A stretch of 64,000 nucleotides of DNA, from NCBI GenBank assembly GCA_047967505.1, contig CM106538.1, one strand, 5' to 3'. This DNA comes from Dipteris shenzhenensis. Lineage: Eukaryota. Position 1 is the stretch's first letter. The number at the start of each line of letters is the position of its first letter. Position numbers and translations under genes: made by a program. Of this stretch, positions 14,227 to 28,861 are shown piece after piece. Below the pieces are notes generated by a model. It searched no databases, was not told the origin of the DNA, and saw nothing but the letters and a program-made list of their open reading frames with translations.

Positions 14227-14984
14227 GTATATATGTAAACTTTTTCTATTACTTTAGGTGCTCTATTGTGTTTTTGCTAGCCTTGATTACTTCAATTTTT
14301 AAGATTATATATATATATATATATATATATGTTTACTTTATGACTTCTTTTTAGTTGCTTAGCTTTAGATTTTTTATAATTTGTTGTAAAATTTTCTTTT
14401 CTTTGTTTTATTTTCCTTTTTTCCTTCTTTTTTCCTTTTATAGGTCTTTAAGATCCTTGGTGGATCTTTCCCCTTGCCTTGCTAATTCTTCAAAAAAAAA
14501 TAAGAGTTCATCCTTTTATCCTCTTAAAGTTCATTCTTTTATTACTTTTAAAATTTATTAGGACTTTTTTTCATATATATATATATATATATATATTAGC
14601 ATACATATATGTAACAAATAAATAACTTTTTCTTAATATTTTCCCATTTTGTTGTTTATTTCGCCTTTAACCCCTTTTTAAAAATGCTAGTTAATTGCCA
14701 TGGGTGAGGATTAGCCCCCAGTTTAATGATGGGTTCCCCATGTGGAGTACCCTCCATGAGGTTCCTCTTTGTAATTAATGCTTCTAAGTTTTTACCTCTC
14801 TATTTTAATTTCTACTTTTTCCTTAATTAAACTTTCATGGGAGTGGATAACCCCCTAGCTTTAATCCAATTCATTTATTTGGCCCTTAAATACACACCAT
14901 GGACGAGGTTTACCTTCTTTAATAAAATTTTCATTTTATTGTAGTTCTTTAGAATTTAAACCCCTGCTACTTTCTTACATTCCT

Positions 14985-15215
14985 TTAAAGCTCCTTTTCA
15001 TCTTAGAATTCCGAAAGGTGTGGTCATGTTCTTTGGTAAAGCGATAACAAGCCAGGGGATACAGGCATTACTTGTCTACCCAAGTTCAACTTCATTGTTC
15101 TAACAACTGCTTGGTTTGGATGGTGGCAGGTAAGTGGACCTTGACCTCGGAGCCTAGACTACCTGATGGATTTGACACTTTTGTACTAATTCTTTGCAAA
15201 TTCAATAAATAGAAA
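14985..15215 (+). repeat. Dispersed repeat, inverted copy at 20865-21082
   Basis: GCATTACTTGTCTACCCAA...GGTAAGTGGACCTTGACCTCGG matches the reverse complement of 20910-21030. Confidence 0.75.
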
Positions 15216-18200
15216 AATTCTATTGCCAATCCGATGGCTCAGGTCCTTACCAAAAAATGTTTGGATTGCAATATTGTCATAAGCTACTTCAATTTAGTTT
15301 TCTTTAAAAAATTTAATCCATGTATCATATGCAACTTTTTATAATTATCTAGATGATTGAATTAATTGTATGGTTCATTTGTTGATGGGATTATTAAATC
15401 TACACACACACACACACATGCATGCACGTGCGCACGTGCGCACACACACACACACATGCACACACACATACACACACACGCACATGTGCACATGCATGCA
15501 GATGATGGCAGACACATGCACACATGCACACACACTCTTCTACACTAGGCTCCACATCTACACTTGGCATTTTTTAGCATGAAAGCCTAGCTTCTCCTCT
15601 AGGCTCCATGTCTAAACTCGGCATTTTTGAAGCATGACAGACTAGCTTCCATGCCATAGAAAGCAGGAGTCTCTTGCTCTATGTGCAGAGAGTTTGACTA
15701 TAGCCATGACGACCCCCAACTTCTTTGCTTTATTCTCAGTATAGTTGGCTAAATAAGCTGATCTATAGTGTAATTTATGTGGTTCCTTAAAATAATTACA
15801 ATGTTTGAATCCAAAATAGTACTCCATTAACATTATATGTTATGTTTTATAGACTTTGATGTAGGTCTCCATGAGTTCAAGCCTTTAAATATCATAAGCT
15901 TGCATATTTCAACATTCGTCCATTATTTCTAGACATGCATCTTTGATATTGAGTTGGTCCATTGTCATCTTTGCAATGAAGGCAATGATGAAATATACCG
16001 CGATCTCGTATCTACAACCACTCTTTTTCACTACCTACTTGACAACTACCATCGACGTTCATTTGATGCAAAGGATAACCCTTCTAAACAAGGATTCTTA
16101 ATTAGGCATGAGAAAGAGGGGATTTACTCTTATTGCACTAAGAATAAACATATTAGTCGACCAAGTGAAAAATTAAGATGATTAGATCTTGGAGTAGCCA
16201 TACTAAGCTTGGGGGGTGGTTCAATTTTGTTATAGGTATCACACACACATACATGCACATGCACACCCACACGTATGCATGCATGCATGCACGCACACGC
16301 ACATACACACACACACACACACACACATGTATGCATGTACTCACACACATGTGCACATGCAAAAGCATACACACACACAATATCAATCTAGAGGCATTTT
16401 CTCACTCTTAAAATGCCAAAATCCAAGAGCTCCTTCTTTGTGACACATGGTAGACTCTTTTCCTCCAAGTTGCCACGTGTCCTCTCTTTTTTTTTTTTGT
16501 GTTCATGTGGTTAATAGGTTAAAGATATATATTGCAAAAATAAAGCACACTAAAAATATGTGGAAACATATGTGCATGATTTTGTGTGTGTGTGTGTGCA
16601 TGCGCGCATGCGTGCATGTGTGTGTTAATGGTAAAATTACTCATTCTCAAACATTGTGAAGTGTCCTAATATATATTACCATAATCCTTTCTCATCAAAA
16701 ACTGTATATCACAAATCATGGATAAGGGCTCTATGTGAATATCAATGATTGCCCTTATTGTCCTCTTTGATTCATCTCAGGGTTAGGATTAATGGTCTAC
16801 ATAAGTATCTTGCTCGGGGTGGGTTATAAAAATTGCTATATATTTCTTATTTCCCCTTGTAGCTTGTATGTCAAGAATCAAGGTTGGGAAAAACATAAAG
16901 ATGGGCTTAGTCTAAGGGTCCATAGTCTATCCCGTTTTTCCATAAGTGGAAAGGATCTTTCTTGATTCAAAATCCTTCATTCTATTCGCCCTTTCTTTGC
17001 AACTCTTTCTAGGAACATGCATAGTGCAAGGGTTTTCCTTTTATGTAGACCTTAGGAGGGAAAGACGTACTCAATAGAGTCTTTAATTCCTAATATCTAT
17101 TAAAAATTATACCTTGGAAGATATTCCCTTACCCCAAATATACTCATCCCAAATAACCATACTTATAACAAGGGATAAGTTAGTAGTCTAAGTTATAATT
17201 TTTTCAAGGGCATAACTCCCAAGGTCATCATATCACTCATGAATCTTCTAAACAAGGGATAGGCTGATAGCCCATAGTATTAAATTACTCATATTTCCCT
17301 TAATAAGCCATATCCTCTATAAATCCTTGCTTTGAAGGGATTTCGTGGCTTATGTAGATATGTGTCATATACTATAATAATCCACAAGTAGAAGCCAAAT
17401 CCACCCACATGCTACAAACGTCACTTTGAGGATTCTAGCATCATCCAGGTCTTGTGGGAGAACCATGTTTTGAAGATTGGTGCCAAACCTTGGAGAGAGC
17501 CTATCAACATCTACTCGTCCATCCCTGCCACTAGCACCAACTTCTAGGTAGCCAGACCCCATGACCTTATTAATCTTTCCCAGCTCGTCAGAAGGCCCAT
17601 GTAATTGTCAGTTGGTCAACCAATATACAATTTATTCAGAGTGTCATAAGATGAAATCCTCTCTTTATCATGCCTAAGCAATCATCCTTCTTTAAAAGAG
17701 ACTACTTTTTCACTCTTAGACCTAGTCTTGTTTTGAGCCAAATCGGTAACTTGGTGTCATAGGACTAGGGACTTGAAAGTAGTAGCCCAAGGTTTTGGAC
17801 CAAAATACACTAATCTACGGCAAGGCATCCAAGACAAGGAAAATCCATATAAGGCATTTAAATTTGTTATAAATATCATAAGTCTTGTGATATGGATTTA
17901 TGTCAACTACTATTTCTCTTTAGTGTTGACTCAAATTTTTTTACCAGCCAAAGTGGGATTAGGTCAATGCATGCATAGTATACCAAAATGCCAAGCAAGG
18001 CATACAACCAAAACTAGGAACACAATAACCTAAGCCTCACCTAAGAAATCAATTGAATTCCTCATTTGAAAAAATATAACCCTTTTCAATTACGTTTCTC
18101 TTTAAGTTAATATATATGTATGGAATAATTTATTGCGGGGATAAAGGGCCTTTAGAATAGGTAATGGGGAGTATAGATGAGCAAACTAAGGCAAGAATTC

Positions 18201-18855
18201 TGTGAGAGCCATTTAGTCACATTCCACTATTCTTACCAAATGTGTTTAATAATGGGTATATAATGGGTACCATTTCTTCTAAAATTCATGACTTACAAAT
18301 ACTACCAAAGCCAAACATTTATTCAATTTTGCATTAAAAAATCCCATGCCACAAAAATAAGAATTCAATTTACAATGTGAAATTTCACAAGAATTCACAT
18401 TAGGTGCACTTGGTACTAAGCTTAATAATCTCAGGCAAACTAATAAACCAAACTAAAACAAATAACGTCACCTAATGTAAACTAAACTAATGTCGACTAA
18501 CAGGGCCTATCTCGTGATTGTTGATAGAAGGGGGAAGCAACGTGTGGGGAAGCATCAGGCACCAGTAGCACAACACATCTTGGCTTCCAAAGTCCTCCAA
18601 TCATCTAATTTTGTAGAATTAAGAATTGCTCACCTTCTCTACATTATTGAGCGGGATAGCCCATTTGCCAAGGCTCATCAATTTTCATGGTGCCTTGCTC
18701 CAAATTGGTTGTTTCTATGGCCACTCCTAGCTCCTTGTCACTACTACCTACTTTTTAGTGTTGTCCATGGATTCTATAGTAGTTGTGCATCTTGCCTTAC
18801 ATGTGCTGGCACCCCCAACATGTGGAATGCAATACCACAGCATGCATATCTTGGT

Positions 18856-18887
<32 letters not shown>

Positions 18888-19419
18888 CTTAAGGTAGAGG
18901 GAGTTGGAACCAAAGAGGAAGAGGCAGAGGGAGGAGCAAAAAGGGAACACTAGGGATGGAGAGAGAGAAAGAGAAGAAGAAGAAGGAGAAGAATATATTA
19001 TCATCCTTTGAAGACCAAAAATCAGCCTATGGGACCTGAAAAAATACAAAACCTTACATACATAAAGACTCCTCCCTCAAAGGGGAGGGTAATAAGAGAA
19101 ACTACCTTTATGTATAGGTGAGTTTCTATGCTTGAAAAGCTTAGATACAAATGTTCCAAAACTGAGGGTGACGCCTTATGTAGCAAATCAGCCAATCTGT
19201 TATGTCCCTCAAGAAGAGAGGTGAACTTTTTCCTAATGTGTGCATAGTAAGGGCATATCATTACCATGTGTTCTTCTATTTTTGGCATACCCTGGTCACA
19301 TAATTAGCATATTCTACTCTCTCTTGGCATGTCTTTCCATCCTCCTATTTCAATTTGCAGCTAGTGTGATCGGGTGCAAAGTGAAGCCAAAGCCCTCCGC
19401 TTATGCATTGCTATAGGAA

Positions 19420-19477
<58 letters not shown>

Positions 19478-20864
19478 CTATATTGCTATATTTGCAAGTT
19501 AGGGCATCATCCCAAGGATCATGAATGGAAAACCAAAGAAAAGTGGACAAATCAATTATCTCATGAAGATTGAGGTATAAGAAGCAATCCAAGTCACCAA
19601 AGCACATAGATAAGATCAAGGCCGAGGTGATGAGACAAAGGTGATCTCTCATGAGATCTAGTGTCTCGACCAAGAATTTTTCAAAAGTGTTTCTTATGTG
19701 AGGTAGGAATTAAAGTGAATGCTATAGAGGGAGCATGCAAAGTTGCTACACAATAGTTGTGAATGTAGCAATGGTGAACAACATGAAGTCAACCTTAATG
19801 TAGGATGTGGATTTTGGTCAAGATGCCTAACCAACAATTGTCCAATGTGCAAACAGAAATAAGATCTCTGTACTCTTTCTTGTTGCCACAGGAAGCACAA
19901 TGCGCAAAATGAGTTAGCTAGATGGACCAAAAAGCGACAACATTTGTGTTGCTTACAAAAAGCAATGGAATTGCTAGACACAATAAGTGGGTAGTGTGGG
20001 TATAAATACCTAAGAAGATTGAACGTGGCTTCATTCAGAGCCAAGGTTTGTAATCAAAGATTAAAACATTGACCAGACGAACCAAGGATTAGAAGGATGA
20101 TGCAAACCAACTTGAGATGGGTCAAGAAATCAATGAGGAAATACCACCCAATGTAGGTGATGTATGTAGTGGTAGCTTTCGATAAAGATTTAGCAAGGTA
20201 TGAAAGCATATATACAAAAAGCAAGCCAATGAAGGAGACAAGGCACTTTAAACTTCTTATATTTAATGTTTCCCTAGAAGGCTTGTTGGAAGAAGAGCCC
20301 ACAGATATGGTAACTTAATGTCAAGGCGAAACAACTTTGGGAGTGATTTAAGGAACTAAGTTTTTGGGAGGAGTTGTAGATGGGTACTTACTATGTGACT
20401 TCAAAGGATAGATGCATGAAAGTAAGAAGATGATAGATAATGTGCCATCATACTAGAGGCAAAAACGCCATTGTTGGATATGAAATACCAGTAATTTTAG
20501 CAAAGTTATGAAATACTATCATAAAGGGAGTGCTAAAAAATCGGACATTGTTACCCTCTCTCAAATATTTGATTAGCCACATCAAATGGATGTCAAATCC
20601 TAGATTTGGGTCAACGTGATGTTGAATGATAGTGAATAGCCTATGGTACAAATGTACTTGTAGCCATAGAGTCCTTAGTCATTCATACTATGCACAATGT
20701 GTTTAGATTTAAAAGTCCCATCAATAATCGAGCCATAAAATTAATCCCATCAATTAGATAAAAATTAAAGAAGGAAAACATACAAGGAAAAACAGTTTGA
20801 GACATTTAAGATGAAAAATGCAATAACTAGAGTTTGCAAAAATTTCAACCAAAATTAAGAATTT

Positions 20865-21082
20865 TTAATAATATCGAGTTTGACAAATGTAATATTGAAA
20901 AAAGATGTCGAATCCTCAGGCAGTCCAAGTCCCGAGGTCGGGGTCCACTTACCTACCAGGTGTTAGAACATCATATTAATGTTTGGGTAGACAGGTAATG
21001 CTTGTTTTCCCCAGCTTGTCATCATTTTACCTAGGAATATAGACAACCATATGGATTCTTAGATAATAAAAAAGAGTTTAAG
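20865..21082 (-). repeat. Dispersed repeat, inverted copy of 14985-15215
   Basis: Reverse complement reads GCATTACCTGTCTACCCAA...GGTAAGTGGACCCCGACCTCGG. Confidence 0.75.
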
Positions 21083-21507
21083 TCACAAGTGAAGCTTAAG
21101 TTACACGAGTAGCTTGACCTGTCTACGATGGGTTCGAGACCCGCTCCACTGGGTCTGAAGGTGGGATGTAAAAATTTCTTTAATTCAACAAATTAAAGTT
21201 CAAATCAAATGACCAACTTTCAAAAAAGCCACAATGAGGCAAAAAAAATTTAGAACGGGGAAAATCAGAGAGAGAGAGAGAGAGAGAGAGAGGATTATAT
21301 GAGCTCATCGAATTTTCTAAATCTTTTTTGGTTTCTTATAAATAGTATGTCCGTTGGACCTCTTAGCTTTCTTATATGGCTTTCGTTGTTTTATACAGGA
21401 TTATGCGCTTCCCTTGTTTGATAACTTCACTGCTAATCTCATAATAGAGTGATATTTAGGTTGTCGATTTCCAATTTTAGACAAATGTGTGTGTGTGTGT
21501 GTGTGTC

Positions 21508-23275
21508 TGTGTGTTTTCAAAAAATTAGAACATCAATTATAAGAAGAAAAAATAGTGTATGTCATGGAGCCCCTACTGCTTAAGGTACCTTGCCACCCAC
21601 CCTCCCTGCAATAGTGTGCCCTCTCCCCCCCCCCCTCCCCTCTTCAGTAGGACCTTTATTCCCTTTCCCATAGTGGGAGTGCATGTGTGTATCTTTTCAA
21701 TCTCCTATATTTGTGTGTGTGGACTCCTCGCTCTACCTATACATGTGCTTTCCTCCCTCCTAGATCCCCCAACCAAAGGTAAACCTCTCTTCCCCTCAAG
21801 TAGTATGTGCATGTGTCCTTTGTGTGCCGTCTCCTCCCCTTTTCAAGGGGCTCTCATCCCCCTCTTGTAGTTGGAATGTGTGTGTCTTCCCTCTCTCTTA
21901 TATACGTCCTCTTCCCTGGTGTGTATTTGTGTGCATGGGCCCCTCTCTATTCCTACACATGCTTCCTGCCTTCTAAATCTCCCCCCCACCCCCCTTTCCC
22001 CCCCCCTCTCTCTCTCTCATATAAATAAATAAATATACTATAATTAATAATATATCATATTATATAAAACATATAATATATTGTATATGTATTATATTAT
22101 ACTCTCTCTCTCTCTCTCTATATATGTATATATATATATAATTCTAGAATATATTATATTATGAAATATATATTATATTATAGGTAATATATTTATTTCT
22201 CTCTCTCTTTGTATATATATATATATACATATATACTATAGTATATATTATATTAGAGGAGAGAGAGGGGGAGAGAATATATCATATACTATAATGTATT
22301 ATAATATTATCTATATATATATATTATATTATTATATATATATAATAAAAGATATTATATAATATTATATATATGTGTAATATTTATATATTTTCTCGTC
22401 CCTTTCTCACACTCTCTCTCATGTCTCTCGCACTTTTTTCTCTATCTCTCTCTCTCTACACTATATATATATATCATACATGCATATAATTCTATAATAT
22501 ATTATATTATGAAATAGATATAATATATTTTAGATAATTTATAATATATATGTATATATACTATATTATAGATAATATATTTATTTCTCTCTCTCTCTCT
22601 CTTTATGTATATATATATATATATTATATTAGAGGAGTGAATATATATTATATACTATAATATATTATAATATAATCTATATATATACTATATATATAAT
22701 AAAATATACTATATAATATTATATATATGTATAATATTTATATATTATCTCGTCCCTCTCTCACTCTCTCTCGTGTCTCTCTCTTGTGTGTTTTCAAAAA
22801 GTTAGAACATCAATTATAAGAAGAAAAAATAGTGTATGTCATAGAACCCCTGCATCCTTAAGGTACCTGGCCACCCACCCTCCCTGCAATAGTGTGAGTG
22901 TGCCATCTCGCCCCCCCCTCCCCTCTTCAGTAGGACCTCTATTCCCTTTCCCATAGTGGGAGTGCATGTGTGTATCTTTTTAGTCTCCTATATTTGTGTG
23001 TGCGGACTCCTCTCTCTACCTATACATGTGCTTTTCTCCCTCCTAAATCACCCAACCAAAGGTAAACCTCTCTTCCCCTCAAGTAGTATGTGAATGTATC
23101 CCATAGTCAATGTGTGCCCCCCCCCTTTTCGAGGGACTCTCATCCCCCTCTTGTAATTGGAATGTATATGTCTTCCCTCTCTCTTATATACGTCCTCTTC
23201 CCTAGTGTATATTTGTGTGCTTGGGCCCCTCTCTATCCCTACACATGTTTCCTGCCTTCTAGATCTCCCCCCTTG

Positions 23276-23322
<47 letters not shown>

Positions 23323-23427
23323 ATATAAATACATAAATAAATAAAAATACTATAATTAATAATATATCATATTATATAAAACATAATATATATTGTATAT
23401 GTACAATATATAATGTATTATATTATA

Positions 23428-23479
<52 letters not shown>

Positions 23480-24245
23480 CTAGAATATATTATATTATGA
23501 AATAGATATTATATATTTTCAATAAATTATAATACATATGTATATATATTGTAATATAGATAATGTATTTATTTCTCTCTCTCTCTCTGTATATATATAC
23601 ATATATATTATAGTATATATTATATTAAAGGAGAGAGAGGGGGAGAGAATATATATCATATACTATAATATATTATAATATAATCTATATATAGATATAT
23701 AGTATATTATTATATATATATAATAAAAGATATTATATAATATTATATATACATGCATAATATTTATATATTATCTTGTCCCTTTCTCACTCTCCCTCTC
23801 TCGTGTCTCTTGCACTTCTCTCTTTATCTCTCTCTCTCTACACTATATATATATATATATCATACATACATATAATTCTATAATATATTATATTATGAAA
23901 TAGATATAATATATTTTAGATAATTTATAATATATTATAATATATATGTATATATATTATATTATAGATAATATACTTATTTCTCTCTCTCTGTATGTAT
24001 ATATATATATATATATTATAGTATATATTATATTAGAGGAGAGAATATATATTATAATATAATCTATATATAGATATATACTATATATATATAATGAAAT
24101 ATATTATATATATATATATGTATATATGTATAATATTTATATATTATCTTGTCCTTCTCTCGCTCTCTCTCTCGTGTCTCTCGTGCTTCTCTCTTTATCT
24201 CTTTCTCTCTACACTATATATACATACATATATATATATATATAA

Positions 24246-24288
<43 letters not shown>

Positions 24289-24300
24289 CCCCTCTCTCTC
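21508..24300. repeat. Tandem duplication of a ~1.28-kb unit with (TA)n/(TC)n mosaic
   Basis: TGTGTGTTTTCAAAAA(A/G)TTAGAACATCAATTATAAGAAG begins units at ~21508 and ~22785, and the following sequence is colinear. Confidence 0.9.
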
Positions 24301-24836
24301 TCTCTATGTTAACAGCTTGTCAGACTACTACAGTCTGCTCTAGCAGACTGGCTGTGCGCGCTAGGCAAACCATGGGTGAATCTCACTTTGACACATGGCA
24401 CGTGCGCATGAGCTTGCTGTAGCTGGCCTAACCATGGACGAATTATACATCAACACATGGTGCACGTGAGGTGAGCGTGACAATGCCACCATTTATTGGC
24501 TGCTCTATACCTTCTGCCACATGCCCGCACGGAGCTCCTCCCAAATTCCGAACCTCCTTCCACCTTCGTCGAGGCTCCCTGGAGCTCCTGAACCTCTGAT
24601 TTTGTGAAGGGGCATCGCTCAGCTTCTTCCATTTCAAACATTTCCTTAAAGAATAGTTATGGAAGTGGAGTAAGGAGCAACTGAATGCATAAGGGATTAG
24701 AGGAGGTATGGGACAATTAGTGGGCTTGGTGTGTGGGGTGGCTAAAAAGAGAGTGTAAAGGGGAGATTTCACGGGGGGTACATAAAAGAATAACTTATAG
24801 TTAGGGAAGTATACATGTGTGTGTGTGTGTGTGTGT

Positions 24837-25836
24837 TGTTACCTAGAAAAGAAATTAGGACAAGAGGCTAGACACTAAGCATGGTGACGCTCTAGGGCCA
24901 TAGAGGAAAGGAGAACGTGAGGGCAAAACATTATCATGGGTGGGGAAAAGGGATTAGAAGGGGAGGGAATGAAGAGGGAGACTATGGCACAAGGGGAAAG
25001 GGAGAGGGGAAAGAGAGCCATGTACATGATGGGAGGAGGAATGTAAAGATCGAGACATCAAGGGAAGAGGGTCATGCTTTATTTGAAAGGAAGGGAAGGG
25101 GGAAATCAAAGTACTAGCTAGGTGGCTTTACAAGAATGAGTGTGTCTCATCAAGGAATAGCCCCCTCCTTTTATAGCCAAGAGAGGGGGTCTCTCCCAAT
25201 AAATGCATCCTCCCACATGCATGGTGTGTGTGGAAGAGTCTCCCATGTGGGCTAGGTGGATACACACTCTCAATTGTGTGCGATAACGCTTGGCCACATT
25301 TTTCCACATATATCAACTCCCATATCCCAAGTCTATGATACTCCCTTGGTCTCTTCCCAATTTTATAATACATTAAAACATCTAGGAGGACAAGTGGAGG
25401 GTTGGCTCAAGGAATCCTGCCACCTCATCCTACTTTCCCCATTATTTAACTTGCATTCTTGGACCTTCTATACCTCCCCCACATGGGCCTATCCTATATG
25501 GAGGGAATAACGCAATATTATATCCATCTCCACCTTTTTTATATTACTTCTCCCATGGACTTTGGGCCATATCTCACTAATGCAGGCATGGGACCGCCTA
25601 GGTGGAGGGGTGGCACATGGAGGAGCCATGCCACCTTAACATTTTATAATATTACTACCATGGATTATGTACAACACACCTTATGGGTCCTCTTATGTGG
25701 AAGGGTGGCACATGGTCATGCCCTACCACCTTAACCCTAGGCCCAATGCACTCCATATTTTATTATACTATTGCCACACATACAAGCACACACTCATATT
25801 TATGCCTTTTTACTTTGGTCAAATTTATCCATAATA
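24837..25836 (-). repeat. 3' LTR of the Gypsy element
   Basis: Direct repeat of 32845-33842. Preceded on the minus strand by a G-rich PPT (poly-C at ~25840-25851 on plus) and ends in ...GGTAACA. Confidence 0.9.
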
Positions 25837-27408
25837 GTTCCCCCCCCCCCCAGGCAGGGAATGCACAACATTTCCATGCCTAGGTCCACCACGCACAAAG
25901 AAGGGCTTGAGGTAACGCTTGTTGATCACCTTCTTGCCATATGGCTCATGTAGCTCCTGAACTTGTATAGACCCATTGCTATGTTCCTTGATGACTTTGT
26001 ATGGACCGGTCCACAGTGGAAGGAACTTCTTATCCATTTGGTGGTCCAATCTATTATCAAAGCATAGCACGACATCCCCCTCAGCAAAGTGTCTCCCATC
26101 CCTTACGAATCATAGCATCCAAGTGGGCCTTTTGTCGATTCTTTTGAATCTTTGTTTGATGTAGGGCAAGGTGTTGGGTTTCATCTAGCTTCTCAAGTTG
26201 CACAAATCTGGCCTCTACATGTTCATCTTCTATCATCCTGTATTCTTGTGCCAATCTCAATGCCGAATCTCTATCTCTAGTGGTAAAACGACCTCAGTAC
26301 CGTACACCAACTCAAAAGGAGTGTGACCTGTAGACGTTTTATGAGTGATGTTGTAAGCCCATACGGCTTCTATGACCTTCTGATCCCATTGGCTCCTATT
26401 CCCTGTAGCCATTTTTTGCATGGTTTTACAAAGGAGGCCATTGGTCCGCTCCGTTTGACCCATGGATGCTGGATAATAGATGCTAGAAGTGCGATGATCA
26501 ATACCCATGCGATCCATGAGCAATTCCACTGCTTCATTTAAGAATGGACTCCCATGGTCAAATACTATTTCCATGGGTGTCCCAAACCTTGTGCGGATAC
26601 ATTCAAATATGAAATTTGAAACTGCCTTACCATTTGCAGCGGGGAGGGCGATAGCTTCAGCCCACTTAGTGACATACTGAGTGGCTACCAAAAGATACTT
26701 CTTTTTGCGGGCAGTCATGGGCAAGGGCTTGACAAAATCTATTCCCCACTTTTGAAACGGATGGATGGACATCACTGGGTGATGTTGCCTAGGATGCAAA
26801 TCCTTCCTACCAAAGAATTGGCATGGTTCACAAGTTTTGCAATGCATAGTGACATCCTTGAACAAAGTCGGCCAATAGTACCCATCATCTAAAATCTTCT
26901 TAGTTGTATAGTCATTGGCATAGTGGCCTCCACAAAATCCATTATGATAATGCTTCAATACCTTAGGTACTTCATCTACATCAATGGCCCATCTTAGTAC
27001 CCCATCCATGCCTTGACGGTACAACACCCCATCAAAGAGGGTGTAATGCCTACTATCTCTGCGGATCTTTTTTCTCTCATAGCTAGTACTTTCTGGAGGA
27101 AAAGAGAAAGCAGTCAAAAACTTGTAGATACTACCATACCATGGATTGCCAACTTCTATGGCCAGCACTAGGGTTACATCAAGACACTCCTCTAAATCAA
27201 TCAAAGCATTCTTCAAGTTGGAACAACCCCCTTTTACAATTTTGAAAGAAAAATCATATTCTTGTAAAACTGCCAACCATTTGGCCAACCGGCCCATGGG
27301 ATTTGGTGATTGAAGAACCTGCTTTGCAAGACCAGTGCTAGTGAGTATAATGAAGGACTTTCTGGCCACATAATGCTTAAATTTCTCAATGTAGAACACC
27401 AAAGACAA
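25825..27408 (-). pseudogene. Gypsy degenerate RNase H C-terminus plus integrase (HHCC, core, GPY)
   Basis: ORF 26257-27408 contains H..GH..YYWPTLFKD..C..CQ, PFQKWGIDF and GQTERTN; WTGPY appears in 25825-26070. Confidence 0.9.
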
Positions 27409-27685
27409 GGCATGTTTGTCAGCCTCAGAGTAGCATCATTTCAGTTTCGAGCAATTGTCAAGAAGCAAATTGAACAAGATACATGAACCGATCCTCCCCT
27501 TGCTGGAGAAGAATACCTGCCAGAGTGTGCTCACCAAACCTAGGATTGATATAGAAAGTCTTTGATCAATCTGGATTGCATAGAATGGGTTCTGAAGCCA
27601 GAGCACTCTTGATTTGTACAAACCCATGATCACAATCCTCATCCCAAGAGAAATCAACTCCATCTTTTAATAGCATAGTAATGGG

Positions 27686-28861
27686 TCACGTCAAAGTAGC
27701 ATATTGATCAATGAAGTGGTGATAGTATCCTGCTAGATTGACAAATGAGCATACCTGACATTTGGTTGTTGGTGGGGAGAGCTTAAGGATGGCTTCTACC
27801 TTCTCGGGGTCAGGCTTGATGCCCTCAGATGAGACAACATGTCCCAGTAACCTCCCTTGAGTGGCTCCAATGGTGCATTTCTTAGGGTTGAGACTGCCAT
27901 TTGCATCATTGACCCTTTGGAAGGCCAACCTAACCTTCATGATGTGCTCCTTACGTGACAAGAATATACATAAATCATCTAAAAACATCTCCAAGAAATC
28001 CCCCAAATAAGGAGCAAACACCATCTGCATAAATCTTTGAAAGGGAGCAGGAGTATTGGTGAGGCCAAATGGCATTACTTTTAATGCAAATGTCCCCCAG
28101 GGTGTGGCAAATGTGGTTTTAAGCACATCTTCTTCGGCAATTCTGATTTGATAAAACCCGGAGTAACCATCATAGAAGGTATACATCTCATGACCACTTA
28201 CCTTCTCAAGAATGAGGTCTTGAAAGGGAAGAGGATGATGGTCCCTCTTGGTGGCTGCATTGAGTTTCTTATAGTCGATGCAGACTCGCCGCTTCTTGTT
28301 TTTCTTTGGGGTGACTACCACTAGTGAAACCCATTCAGTATTGTGAACCGGAACAATAAACCCAGCTTCTACAAGTTTCTGCAACTCTGAGTGCAAAGCA
28401 TCAGTCTGCAGGGGCCCTAATCTCCAATACTTCTGAGCCATAGGCTTTGCATCAGGCTTCAGCTCTATCTTGTGCTCTATGGCAGTCACATGGCAAAGGT
28501 GGCGGTAGCTAGTTGCGAAAAGGTCAGGGAAATCTTTGAACATTTCTAGGAATTTGTCTTTCTCACTTGGAGTGAGGTCTGGGGAAAGTATAAATTCAAG
28601 CTGTTGAGGACTAGCTATTCTTTTTTTTGTAGGTGGCAGGGTTGGAGACACCCCCATCATGTAAACTTCCTCATCTGAGGACTCCTCCCCCCCGTCTGAT
28701 CCTTTCATTGATTCAGACACCAAGGATGAGAGAGTATCACTGTCTTGCTCCTCTTCTTCTTCTGGTTTCGTGGCACCTAGTTGCACCGGGATCTTCTCCT
28801 TAGAAGCACCAAAAGACATGTGTCTTGTCTTCCAATAGCTGACTGCATCACTCTTTCTCAA
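27686..28861 (-). pseudogene. Gypsy reverse transcriptase
   Basis: CIDYKKLNAAT, DGYSGFYQI, MPFGLTN, FLDD, LLGHVVS. Confidence 0.92.

Noticed and set aside
16680-17760. Possible Penelope or other RT remnant
   Set aside because: No reliable catalytic motifs seen.
20945-20960. ACTTACCT resembling the U1 snRNA 5' end, and ribozyme-like CTGA.GA cores in the same repeat
   Set aside because: The rest of U1 is absent, and I could not assemble a canonical hammerhead or HDV fold.
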